A stretch of DNA of 63,734 bases, the filler included, from Kipferlia bialata (lineage: Eukaryota), in NCBI GenBank assembly GCA_003568945.1. It is 9 parts of 7 records of this genome, joined end to end, with 100 filler letters (N's around TTAATTAATTAA, not from the genome) between each part and the next. Parts side by side here need not be neighbours in the genome. Positions count along the whole stretch, not along the records: positions 1 to 11,053 come from BDIP01001302.1; positions 11,154 to 22,198 come from BDIP01001304.1; 7 more parts are not named here. One strand, given 5' to 3'. Positions 1 through 12,680 of this stretch are shown piece after piece. The position numbers were made by a program, and so were the translations under genes. The stretch's first letter is position 1. Each line of letters begins with the position of its first letter. A model generated the notes under the pieces. The model made no database searches. It saw only the letters and a program-made list of their open reading frames with translations, and had not been told where the DNA came from.

Positions 1-759
1 GACTAGCATGGCTCAGACTGGATGTGGTGGTGATATCATGAGCGTGTGCGGTAGCTATGGAGCACTGTATATCTTCACACAAGATAGTATCACCACAGTG
101 TCTATAGACGCTCTAATTGTGCCAGCTCAGTATACTGTCCATTTCCATGCTCGTATGTCTTTCTGACAGGCTATGTACCATTCACTTTGGATGACATCCT
201 CCGCATGGTAGTTGGATCAGTCAGTGAGCCTTCGCTTTCCGAGTGTTACAAGACATACATGCTTGAGTTCTTATCCACTCAGGTTCACTGTGTGTCTCTA
301 GAGATACCGACTCCTCGGGTTATGCAGTGTCCGTCACTCACTGTCGTTGGAGATAAGGCCTATGGTGTTGCATCGTCCATCCTCTACCCTATGGTGTCAT
401 ACTCTGTGGCCTCAGGTTGGCAGACCATATGTGACTTATCAGTGCTGCCAGACACTTCAATCGACCACACAATGATCACAGTGGGTTTTTACGTTGTCAT
501 GTGTACAGAGTATGTGCCACACGAAGAGAACTCTTGCAATCAAAGGCAAATGAGTCATATTATGACACAATATCTGGTGAGATAACAGAAGAGTTTGACG
601 AGACCCATTGATGCTAAACTGGGGATCTTTTCACCCTTACTAGCTGTTTGGTCTACAGACCACCGAATGCTACACTACAGAGACTCTGCACTTGTGTACC
701 CCTACCCTAAGATGAGGTGGGGTATTATCCCACCTGGCGAGGTGGTGACTCATGAGTGA
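1..759 (+). pseudogene. Kelch-like beta-propeller family member, 5'-partial, apparently frameshifted
   Basis: Frame 1 (187-585) gives SLTVVGDKAY...SGWQTICDL...TMITVGFYVVM. The family motif YDTISGE is at 561-581 in another frame. The C-terminal LVYPYPKMRWG..HE* (661-759) is back in frame 1. The same motifs occur in the intact paralogs at 22746-23829 and 24264-25307. Confidence 0.5.
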
Positions 760-1241
760 GGGAAGACAAGAGAAAGTGAGAAGGAGTGTTTTGGTACCAT
801 AGAGCATGAGTGTACAATGACGGGGCCACAAGATCTGGGCATAGAAGAGAGCACAAAGTAGGGCTATGATAGCCGAACCAAATATCGCCTATGTCTTCTA
901 TTCTGATATTCAGAATTCTTGAAACCCTATTCTTGTGAATGAGGTACTCAGAGTACCGTACTCTGTTGAAAGTTTTGGCTGGTCCACTCCCTGTCACACA
1001 CAGCCCCTGTGAATACTGTATCTGTTCACAGCTACTTGTATCTCTTTATCCATAGCACTATGCGAGAGTTGCCAACGGCTAAGAAGAACTGTAGACTTGG
1101 AACCTTGCAGGCCTTGTGAAACCTGTAAATATATACTTGAGATGCAGAAACCCTATTATGTGAAACCCCAGAAGACTCTCACACTCTCTAGTAACGGCAC
1201 TTTCAAGCTTGCCCAGTTCTCCACCGCAACCTCCTCTCATC

Positions 1242-2725
1242 ATGGATCCTGTCTTAGCACCTCGCTGGTTTAGGATCCTAACAACGTATGATGCCTCCTC
1301 ACGATGGGATCGGGAGGAGAGTCTACTGTACAGCGTGGGTCACAACACTGTGTTAGCTGTATGCTCTACCCCTGACAGCGAGAGGTAAGTGGGGAAAGTG
1401 TAACAGGATGTATGTCTCAGAATTTGGATCTGTGTCAGTATCTGACCAAGTATCTACATTCTTTTATCTCTTCTGCAATCATAGTCTCAAGTCACATCCC
1501 TGTGTCTCAATTAGAGACTGTCTCACACCAGAACATGTATTTACAAATCCAACTGACAGTGATACTGATGGTGAAAGTGATATGTAGTGCGTCTGCAATG
1601 ACTCTCACACAAGGCTCTATCTAATCTGATTCAAGTCCGACTGGACCGTGGAGGAGACAGAAGTGCCAACCCCAGACTGGAAGAGAGGGGTGGACTCCAC
1701 TTCACCGGGATCTCTTCACCACACTCGTAAGACCCTTACAAGTGTACAGTATGCTCCCTCGACCTTTGGGGTAGTATATGCATTGGTCACTACTGTAGAC
1801 ATTGTGTGCGATGTGGTAAACAGTCGTGATTTACGTGCCGCCCGTACCGATGTGTGGGTACTGCACCTTGACACCTTAGAGTGGAGAGAGATTCCACACG
1901 GAGAGGGAGAGCGAGAGAGAGAGGGAGAGTCGTGGCCTTCTGCTCGTGTCGACTGTCTGTTAGGGTGTGTACCTGGAGGTCTACTTGTAGCTGGTGGTCA
2001 GAGTAGGGATACTAGACTCCCTTTCCCTTTCGAGTGCGAAGGGCTAATGTAAGGGTGGTCTAGGCAGTATACCTTCCTCACCGATATCTGGGTGCTGGAT
2101 ACCAACAGAGAGAAGTGGACTCAGCTGGACCACCCATACCAAGAGAGACAGCCCTCACTTGATGACCTACCCCTTCCCAGAGTCGTTGCGCTCGGAGACT
2201 CTCTGTACCAGGTTGACGATGGCCGTCTCCTCAGAGTGTCCATAAGAGATGGAATAGCCACCAGAAACACTCTCTACTATAAGTTATAGTAACTATAACA
2301 CATCTGCGTCTGTCGCTCTTGGAGATCGCTACATCTGTACGTCACGAGAGACAAGGGAGTGCGAAGAGCCCTCTTCAGAAGATGACTTCCAGCCAAGCTT
2401 CGGTTTGTATGATACAGTCTTTGACCAGTGTACTGATGTGCAGTGTCTCAACCTCCCAGAGTCGCTCCAGAGCGACGACTGCTGCGTCTCGGTGTACAAC
2501 GCCTGCATGGTTAACCCCACGACCATGGTGTTTATGTACAACTACCACCTTGTACTCGCAGATGTGGACAGTGACGTGCTACTAGAGGACATCATTGTAC
2601 GTATCAGAGAGGGTGCAGCACAACGCTTTGTAGACGTGGCGAGAGAGAGTGTGGAGGATAGTTTCCCTGATGACAGTGAGAGTGAGATAGAGAGTGATAA
2701 GTGGAGACATGTCACCGACATTTGA
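1242..2725 (+). pseudogene. Kelch-like beta-propeller gene with in-frame TAA and a frameshift
   Basis: ATG 1242; GTAAGT donor 1385; CTGACAG acceptor 1559. Kelch-type blocks TDVWVLHLDTLEWREI, WPSAR, LLVAGG, TDIWVLDTNREKWTQL. In-frame TAA at 2050-2052 and a frame change near 2284 before VALGDRYI...GLYDTV. Confidence 0.55.
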
Positions 2726-3123
2726 AATTGATATATCCCACCTGGGGGTGTGGTGACTTCAACGTGAGACGTAGCAGAAGCAAGAGAGTAGGAGATAGAT
2801 AGTCCCAGGTGATCCAGGGAGAGATGGCAAGACATAAGGTCGTAAGAGGACGTGAGTCCCTGCAGTGGATAGGGAGAAATGGAAAACGGAAACAGGAGGA
2901 GGATGATAATATCACCTCCTATAGTGGACATATACAGGGTTGTGACCATACAGTCTTAGAGTTAGACACCCATCGGCATCATCCAGACACAAAACTAAAT
3001 ACATCTATTTCAGAACACGACCGCCGTCCAACATTGTGACACAGTAGAACGTACTCTCTCTCTCTCTCTCTTCCTTTGGTGACGTCCTCTTGGGGAACAT
3101 GCAGGCATGCTCTCCCATTTCTC

Positions 3124-3155
<32 letters not shown>

Positions 3156-3159
<4 letters not shown>

Positions 3160-6100
3160 AGCAGAGTGTCACAGCTACTGGCCAGGAGTGATGTGACGTA
3201 GGTACCAGTCTGGTCCTGGGGACAGGGCCTGTTGGAGGAAGGGAGCTCTCCACTGGGGTAAGAAGCATATGTACACAATTGAGACATAGAGGGAGAGAGA
3301 GAGAGAGAGAGAGAGAGTCTGTTGGAGGAGGGCAGATCTCCACTGGGGTAAAAAGCATATGTACACAATTGAGACATAGAGGGAGAGAGAGAGAGAGAGT
3401 GAGTGTGTGTCGTACGAGGGGAGCTCTCCGTTGGAGTCAGACAGCATACACTGAAAGAGAATAGAGAATAGTAGAAATGGAAATTGTCATCCTGACTGGA
3501 TGTAACTATTACATGTCAATCTCATGAATTCTAGTGGTCTATACAAGCACATCAAATAATATTTATTATGAATATATTGATATTGATATAGTATATACAT
3601 ATACTCACTTGTCATTCAGGATGATCTCCCTGAGCTGTCTGCCGGACTTGGTCAGCTCCTAGGATGTTAATAAGGGTGTAGAGAGAGAGAGAGAGAGATG
3701 AGAGTACGTGGGAAATGGAGAAATAGAGAGAGAGAGAGAATATTACTATATTGTTGATTATAGACTATCGTATAGGAATGCACAGGATATATAGAATACT
3801 TAGAATATACAATATACTACTATACCTCGACCATGTTGTTGATGATCATCTCTGACAGGCCATTGCCCCTAAGATCGAGGGACTGGACTAAGGGTGAGTG
3901 TCAATACATACACATGTACACATGTATACATACATACATATATACACATATCCATACCATTGGGCATGTGCTTCAGAAGTCTGGCCAGTCTAGACCCAGT
4001 GTGGGACAGGTCATGGCCGGCTGGGGTTAGTAATACATACAATATGTATGTATTGATGTACATAGTACGATCGTATACACCACATAACACATACCGAGGT
4101 CCACTGAGGTGACGTGCTTGAAGCTCTTCCCCTCTGCCTCTCCCGCTCCCTCAGTTGGCTCACACAGAGAGGACACGTACTTGTACATGGACACAAAGCC
4201 AGTTGATCCTGAGTATTAGATAGAAATGAATATACATATATATACATAGAGAGAGAGAGAGAGAGAGAGAGGACACGTACTTGTACATGGAGACAAAGCC
4301 AGTGGAGCCTGATAATTAAATAGATATTATACATTAGACTTACAATTACACATACATAAGTACCTAGCTTGTGGTCTGTGAATGACAGGGTGGACTATAC
4401 ACACACTACTGTATACATCCTTATACATATGTATATACAGGTGCATATAAATGTAAGTACCTAGCTTGTTGTCTGTGCCTGTGAATGACAGTGTGGACTG
4501 GGAGGGGTCAGAGGCACAGGAGTCAACGATAGACTGGGGTGAGTGACCAATTTATATACACATATTCTATTATATATATGTAGAACCTTCCACCATGCCT
4601 CTGTGTGCTGTGCTACCATACCATGCATAAATATTGCATATATAGCATACACCCACTTACATATGCATACACATACCATATGTAACTAATACTATACAGT
4701 ATGTGTAGTACCTTCCACCATGCCTCTGTGTGCTCTGTCTTGGGCAGAGAGGGTACTCTGGACACAGCCATGGACTCCCTGGGTGTTAGAGGGTATGTAT
4801 TCACTAGATAATATATTCATAGATATACCATAATACCCTATTACATACTAGTTATCAACCAACAGAAACAGACACGGACTGACCCTGACTGGCAAAGATA
4901 TCCAACATAGAACACACATACATATTGACCAGCGTACCTCAGAGTGTGGAATATTGGCATTGGTATGTCTGTGACATCTGTAAAACTAACGTATAATAAG
5001 GAGACTCGCGTACATATCTTATGCAAACTCGCGTACCTCAGTGTGCCCAGGCTTGGTACTGGTCTGTCTGTGACATCTGTGGAGAGGGAGGAGAGGGCGG
5101 GGGAGACACCGCCTTATGGTAAGATAAAGGTGGGAGAGGGGGGGAGAGAGAGGGCAGGGGAGACACCGCCTATTGATCAGAGAAAGAAGGGGGTGGGGGG
5201 GCAGAGCAGAAGAGAACAAGAAGTGATACTGCAACACCCATAGTAACTACTGGAAATACTGGGCAATAATAATATTATAAGTAAACAATATTTGCACCTA
5301 TAACATTCCGGTACCCCCCCTCCCTCTGCAGGATGGATGCCCAGGTGGAGATGCGTATAGTGCATAGCATACATATAGATGATAGTACATAATTATATAT
5401 ATATCAATAAATAATATACCTATAACGTTCCGGTACCCCTCCTCCCTCTGTAGGATGGATGCCCAGGTGGAGCTCATCTTGGCAGAGATGTACTGGGGGT
5501 CAATAGAAACATGACTATATTCATATACTAATGGTGGAGCAAAAGAGAACATATGCAAGTTATACAATTATTGTAGTGAATTAACAGGTTGGGCTCATCT
5601 TGGCAGCGATGTACTGGGAGGTCAATAAATACCATTCAATACAATACAGTAGAAGAAGAGATCTCCCTCCCCCCCATCCCCACTTTCTCTATCTATATAC
5701 ACTATACCTTCTCTTGTCAGATCCTCTGTCTCTCTCTCTCTAAATATATTTGTATATCCATATATACACACACACATATATATATATCGATATAATACCT
5801 TCTCTATGACACCCTCTAGAGTGTGTACCAGCCTATCCACGCTGGGTCTGTCACAGGGGGTGCGCTGGAGTGAGTATACATGTAAATTAACGATCTATTA
5901 TACATATACATTATAATATATATGTGTTTTTGCATGAATAAATGATTAGGATACTGGGGGTGCGCTGGAGTGAGTGATTATATATTATGTACTAGTGACT
6001 ATACCTGCACTGCAGTGACTATACCTGCACTGTAGTGACTATACCTGCACTGCAGTGACGTATATGTGTAGGTATATATATACATACATATATACGGTTA

Positions 6101-6726
6101 TTGAAAAAGTATAAAGAGTAGAAATATATCAAATATAGTACGGTAAATGATCACTTGTACAGGACACATAACCACATACTTACCTGCAATATACAGTTGA
6201 TAAGGCGAGTATATATATTGAATATATAGTAGTATATATATAGTATATATCAAGAGTAGTATATATATAGTATATATCAAATATAGACTGAATATATAAC
6301 AGTGTATACTTACCTGCAGCATAGAGTTGATCAGGTCAGGTAGGCCTGGGATGTCGGTATCCTCGCTGGAGACGGTGCTAATGGTGAGATTTGAGAAGAG
6401 AAGAAATTATTAGAATGAGAAGAATGAAAAGAAACTCAGGGTGTCCAGGGAAAGAGTCCTTTCTCTAGTTATGCTATGACTTATCGCAATACAGAATCAT
6501 ATAATTTAACCAACCAACTGCATGACGACCAGTCCCTCGACAGTAATATGTATTCTACTAATCATATACTAATTCTTTTATGCATTCAGTATATATACAT
6601 ATACGTACTTGAACTGGGCGTCCTCGGCCACCAGGCCATGGGTGAAGGAGAAGTGGTTGAAGTATCCCCCTAAGGTTGGTATTCTCTCCATAACTGCTAT
6701 ATATAGACGCGGAAGTAGAAAGAGAA

Positions 6727-6765
<39 letters not shown>

Positions 6766-7085
6766 GTATTTTGTTGATGAGTCTCTCCTAAGTTGAGTAT
6801 TCTCTCCAAAACCATCAAGATAAACAGAGAGAGAGAGAGAGCTTATGATTACCTAGATGAGGTCGGACACGATACATACCCATATTAATATACAATAGGT
6901 ACTAGATATAGTACATATACACATTATTTAGTGAATTATTGTACCTGGTGAGTTGCGTCTGATGAGGTCGGACAGGACCCAGTGCCTGGAGAGCATCTGC
7001 GGTGAAAAAAGGGTGTAGAGGCAGAGAGAAAGAAAAGAGAAAGACCCAGTGTCAGGAGCATCCCAGATGATACAAGGGTGTAGAG

Positions 7086-7123
<38 letters not shown>

Positions 7124-10100
7124 TGTACCTCGCTGAAGATCAAGCCGAGTGACCAGACATCTGCAGACTGGTCATACTCCCCAATCAGTCTGGAGTAAGG
7201 AAACAATTATACAATAATACACATAAGTATGCTGGCCCCTGTACTGTTGGCAATGTATAAACGTTACTCACATGTATACACATATATACATATATAAATA
7301 ATGTATATTGCAATAACACAATAATACACAGTATATCGTATTATAACACAAAAGTAGTATGTAGATAATAATAATATGGAATGAATGGTAAATGGAAAGT
7401 GTACCTTGCCCCTGCACTGTTGTTCCAAGGTCCATAATATATATGAAAATTGAAAGTATATAGAAACACACGCACATATATATATAAATACAATTAGTAA
7501 TACACTATATGTATGTCATACCTAGCCCCTGCACTGTTGGTACCAAGGTCCACTCCGTTCTCAAAGCACTGACGTTAATGGGATAATGTCGTATAACAAA
7601 AGGGTATATACAACAGTGTATTCTATATTAAAGCACCATGTATTCATTTCTACTGTTCAGGTGCTCTGTACTGGATGCTACCTTACATAATGGCAGAGGA
7701 TATAATACATACACTCTTTCATTGTATACTATATTATATATATGAATATACATCCATACCTCTGGTGCCCTGTACATAATGTTGCCCACTCCCAGGGAGT
7801 TGGTCTGCGGGTTCTAATGGTTAGAGAGAGAGAGAGAGAGAGAGANNNNNNNNNNNNNNNNNNNNNNNNNNNNNNNNNNNNNNNNNNNNNNNNNNNNNNN
7901 NNNNNNNNNNNNNNNNNNNNNNNNNNNNNNNNNNNNNNNNNNNNNNNNNNNNNNNNNNNNNNNNNNNNNNNNNNNNNNNNNNNNNNNNNNNNNNNNNNNN
8001 NNNNNNNNNNNNNNNNNNNNNNNNNNNNNNNNNNNNNNNNNNNNNNNNNNNNNNNNNNNNNNNNNNNNNNNNNNNNNNNNNNNNNNNNNNNNNNNNNNNN
8101 NNNNNNNNNNNNNNNNNNNNNNNNNNNNNNNNNNNNNNNNNNNNNNNNNNNNNNNNNNNNNNNNNNNNNNNNNNNNNNNNNNNNNNNNNNNNNNNNNNNN
8201 NNNNNNNNNNNNNNNNNNNNNNNNNNNNNNNNNNNNNNNNNNNNNNNNNNNNNNNNNNNNNNNNNNNNNNNNNNNNNNNNNNNNNNNNNNNNNNNNNNNN
8301 NNNNNNNNNNNNNNNNNNNNNNNNNNNNNNNNNNNNNNNNNNNNNNNNNNNNNNNNNNNNNNNNNNNNNNNNNNNNNNNNNNNNNNNNNNNNNNNNNNNN
8401 NNNNNNNNNNNNNNNNNNNNNNNNNNNNNNNNNNNNNNNNNNNNNNNNNNNNNNNNNNNNNNNNNNNNNNNNNNNNNNNNNNNNNNNNNNNNNNNNNNNN
8501 NNNNNNNNNNNNNNNNNNNNNNNNNNNNNNNNNNNNNNNNNNNNNNNNNNNNNNNNNNNNNNNNNNNNNNNNNNNNNNNNNNNNNNNNNNNNNNNNNNNN
8601 NNNNNNNNNNNNNNNNNNNNNNNNNNNNNNNNNNNNNNNNNNNNNNNNNNNNNNNNNNNNNNNNNNNNNNNNNNNNNNNNNNNNNNNNNNNNNNNNNNNN
8701 NNNNNNNNNNNNNNNNNNNNNNNNNNNNNNNNNNNNNNNNNNNNNNNNNNNNNNNNNNNNNNNNNNNNNNNNNNNNNNNNNNNNNAGAGAGAGGGAGTTG
8801 GTCTGTGCCCAGGGAGTTGGTCTGTGGGTTCTAGGGGTTAAAGAGAGAGAAAGAGAGAGCCTGAGAGAAATGACATACACCTCGCGGTTGCCCAAATACC
8901 CACTATAGTAAAAGTAAAAATATACATTGTATACATAGCATTAAATACCTCCTCGCTCATGAGCTTGCTCATATATACATTATCTCCATATGTATATGTA
9001 AATATGTATTGCATTTAGTATAGTGTAAACATATCATATATATATTGTATATACCTCTTCGCTCATGAGCTTGCTCAGTAATTGATGGATAATTCAGAAT
9101 CTTCAGATGTCTAATGTAACTATAAATATATATAAATGAAAATTAATATTGTTAAGGTGTATATACCTCCTCACTCATGAGCTTGCTCAGTCCAAAGTCC
9201 ACAATCTTGACACACACGTATGAGCCTGACATGTCTATCATGATGTTCTCGGGCTGGGGTGAGACGATATCAAAATAATAATTCAATATAGAATTTACTC
9301 TCTCCCTGTGGATCATATCGGCCTTACCATGGGTATCTATACTCTCACTCTATATATCCATGTAACCATAATCGTACATATACATACACATACCTTGATG
9401 TCCCTGTGGATCACCTTGGCCTTGGCCATGGCAGACAGGGCAAGGAGGAGCTTGGATTAAGGGTGTAGAGGGAGAGAGAGGATCTGAGGGGAAACGGGAT
9501 GGTGTACAGTAATAGTATATGTGTATCAATACCTGGTGCATGATGGTCAGCATGTGAGGAAGAGGGTTCTCCTTGGACCTGGTGTTAAAAGGGTATAGAG
9601 AGAGAGAGAGAGAAAGAGATGTGGATATCGGCATATATATCGGTATGTATGTACTGACGTAGAAGTGAGAGAACAGGCGACACAATTACGAAACGAGAGA
9701 GAGAGAATACTCACCTCATGAGGTGGACCCCTATGTGCTCCTGGAGGTGCTTGCCTGGCGTGAGCAATACACTAATAGTAGTATATATATATATATATAT
9801 TAGTGTTTCAATTGTATAAATATGTCATTACAAATATATACATACCCATGCCACAACGCAAAGACCACTACTCCACCAGATCCATGACGATGACCATCTG
9901 TCAACAAATATACCAAACTTCACATATATACACACAAAGATATCTGAAATAAGGTAGGTATCATTAGTATATTAGTATTACAGTACACAATATTGTATAC
10001 ATATAAATACCTTCCACCAGCTCCATGATGATGACCATCTGGTTGGCCTCCTCTGTGTTGCGGAAGTGACGCAGGTACCTAGGGTGAGTAGAGGCGATAT

Positions 10101-10993
10101 TTAGAGAGAGAGAGAGATGGAGAGAGAGAGGGATGTTCCCGCAGTGACGTAGATAGGGGAAGATCACAGACAAGAAAGCCTCACATTCCTGTAAACCTCA
10201 TTTCACACATATACTTCAGTACATAACTACTAAATACGAGGTGTCAACCCATTCCGCATATACTCATCTACGTACTGCCCCACTGCATGCATGTACTGCA
10301 ATATATCACATGTACTCACTTGACTACGTGGGGTGTCTCTGTGTCCCTGAGGAGAATGGCAGCCCTGACATTAAGGGTGTAGAGGGAGAGAGAGAGAGAG
10401 AGATATTAGGGGAGAAGACAAATAGGGAAAGAAGGGACAGAATGGAACAACCTTGATACTAAGGGCGGGTGTAGAAAGAAAAAGAGAGAGAGAGAGAGAG
10501 AGCCTGGATACAAGCAGTACCTGATCTCTGTCTTCAGGTCCTTCTGCCTCTGGACGTAGGCAGCCCCTGACATCAAGGGTGTAGAGGCAGAGAGGGAGAA
10601 AGAGAGAAAGAGACAGATGACACTCAGTGCCGGAGGAGAGATGAACATCTCTCTCTCTCTCTCTCTACATATATATATATACATACCAGCTGCAGTCTTC
10701 ATAAATGCCTCATAGGCGTCCTCTGAGAGCTCATCCTCAGCCACCTAGGGAGTCAGAAAGACATAAGTGAGATTAAAGGGGTAGATGGAGAGAGAGAGAG
10801 AGAAAGAGAGCTCGTCCGCAGCCACCTAGAGAGTCAGATAGACATATGTGACTCTGTACTGACCAAAGATGCATTGTAGGCATATATAAATCAATATGGC
10901 AAGTATGATCCGTACCCAGTTGGGTACTGCAGGTGTGCCGCATATCCACTGGAACTTGGCAGCCACTCTGCGTCCAGTGGCAATCTCTGTGGC
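3156..10993 (-). CDS. Ser/Thr protein kinase, multi-exon, 5'-partial, spans an N gap
   Basis: Stitched GT-AG exons give RRVAAK (subdomain II, ~10960), MVIIMELVEG, IHRDIK|PEN (9395/9253), KIVDFGLSK (~9195), GNIMYRAPE (~7765), YDQSADVWSLGLIFSE (~7130-7190), DLINSMLQ and DRPS. The last exon ends LASSCDTLL*, TAG at 3156-3158. Confidence 0.9.
5994..6059. repeat. 20-bp tandem repeat (AGTGACTATACCTGCACTGY) x3 in a kinase intron
   Basis: Directly visible. Each unit contains GCAG|GTATAG on the minus strand, like the donor of the exon at ~6313. Confidence 0.85.
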
Positions 10994-11006
10994 CTGTTAT
11001 AAGGGT

Positions 11007-11052
<46 letters not shown>

Positions 11053-11053
<1 letters not shown>

Positions 11054-11153
11054 NNNNNNNNNNNNNNNNNNNNNNNNNNNNNNNNNNNNNNNNNNNNTTA
11101 ATTAATTAANNNNNNNNNNNNNNNNNNNNNNNNNNNNNNNNNNNNNNNNNNNN
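11053..11153. other. Artificial contig linker (N-TTAATTAATTAA-N); also at ~22199, 26510, 29460, 40601, 42683, 48145, 59278
   Basis: Eight identical ~100-nt N-flanked 12-mers with stops in all six frames. Genes are truncated at these points. Confidence 0.97.
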
Positions 11154-11173
11154 ATCTATATACATATATATAC

Positions 11174-12642
11174 CTGTCTCAGGTGCTGGGCTGACACGGT
11201 GCAGATCTCCTTCCCTGAGGTCAGAAGGAGAGAGACATAGTGGGGAAATACTGCATATATACTGTATATGGTATAGTAGTATTGATTTGATAGTAGTATA
11301 GATGTATTCCTACCTGGTAACACCGTGTCCCCGTCGTCAGAGAGGACGAATACTATCTACATAGTATACTCTTTAGTATATACTTATATATATAGTGAGG
11401 AATCCCCACTTGGAAACACCGTGTCCCCGTCATCGCATATATACTGTATATGGTATAGTAGTATAGATTTGAAAGTATAGTATAGTAGTATAGTAGTATA
11501 TATGTATTCCTACCTGGTAACACCGTATCCCCGTCGTCGCATATGGCTGGGCTGGGGTTAGATCATGCAGATAGGAGTTTGATGAGTACATACACACTCA
11601 TATCTATATATAGCGGGTGGGTCATATATTACTGGGAAAAGTGCAGAGCCAAAAAAGAGAGACTTATGAATGACCTAGTATCTGTTTCTGCTAGACCATG
11701 TGTCGTTCTATATATATACAAAGGCTCCTTAGAGTAGACCAACCACACTGTTAGGATGATATATATATAGATATATATAAATGATATATATATATACATA
11801 TATTTATACCTTAGATTAGACCACCCACACTGCATGAATAGACATACGGACTCATAAACACTAGTATCTCTCAGAGTATATATATCTCGCCATATATATA
11901 TGTATATATATACACACACACACATATATATATATATACCTTAGATTAGACCACCCACACTGCATGAATGCACATACGGACTCATACACATAGGTATCTC
12001 TCAGAGTATATATATATCTCGCCATATACACACACATATATATGTATACCTCAGATTAGACCACCCACACTGCATGGTGCACACAGGGCAGGCACTCTTC
12101 AGAGTCAGCGAGATACTATCCTGCGGTTTGTATCATAATTTTTAAGTGTCTCTCACAATAATCACATATTGCTATACATCATCATTCGACCCTCTACGGC
12201 GTCCACAACCTCCCCCCCTCTCTGTCTCTACACACACACACACACACACATACATGTACATGGCTAACAAACCTCTTCCTCTCCCCCTTCTGCTGCATAT
12301 AACACCTCCACCTCCACCTCTCTCCATATATTGTTTTATATATACATATATAAATGTATATATATATACATATATGGACATCTAACCTCCTCTTCCCCTC
12401 CCTCAGTAGCGTTGAACACCTCCACCTCTACTTCTACCTCTCTCTCTCTCCATATACATACATACATATACGTATTATGAATATCTACCTCTTCCTCCCC
12501 TCCCTCTGTAGCGTTGAACACTTCGACCCCTCCCTCTCCCTCTCTCTCTCTATATATACATATGACTCACTTACCTCCTCTTCCCCACCCTCTGTGGCAT
12601 TGAACACCTCCACTTCCACCTCCACCTCCTGACTCAGCTTCA

Positions 12643-12680
<38 letters not shown>

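Noticed and set aside
583..585. TAA/TAG reassigned to Gln as in hexamitid diplomonads
   Set aside because: In-frame TAA occurs only in loci that also have frameshifts, while conserved genes end at TAA/TAG where expected (V-ATPase c, RPN9, ZMYND12).
7729..8908. Long ORFs of 337-760 aa spanning 7.8-8.8 kb and 49.3-50.3 kb
   Set aside because: They read through N gaps.
11098..11109. Recurrent palindrome TTAATTAATTAA
   Set aside because: Always embedded in fixed-length N runs; an artificial contig linker. Gene adjacency across linkers has no biological meaning.
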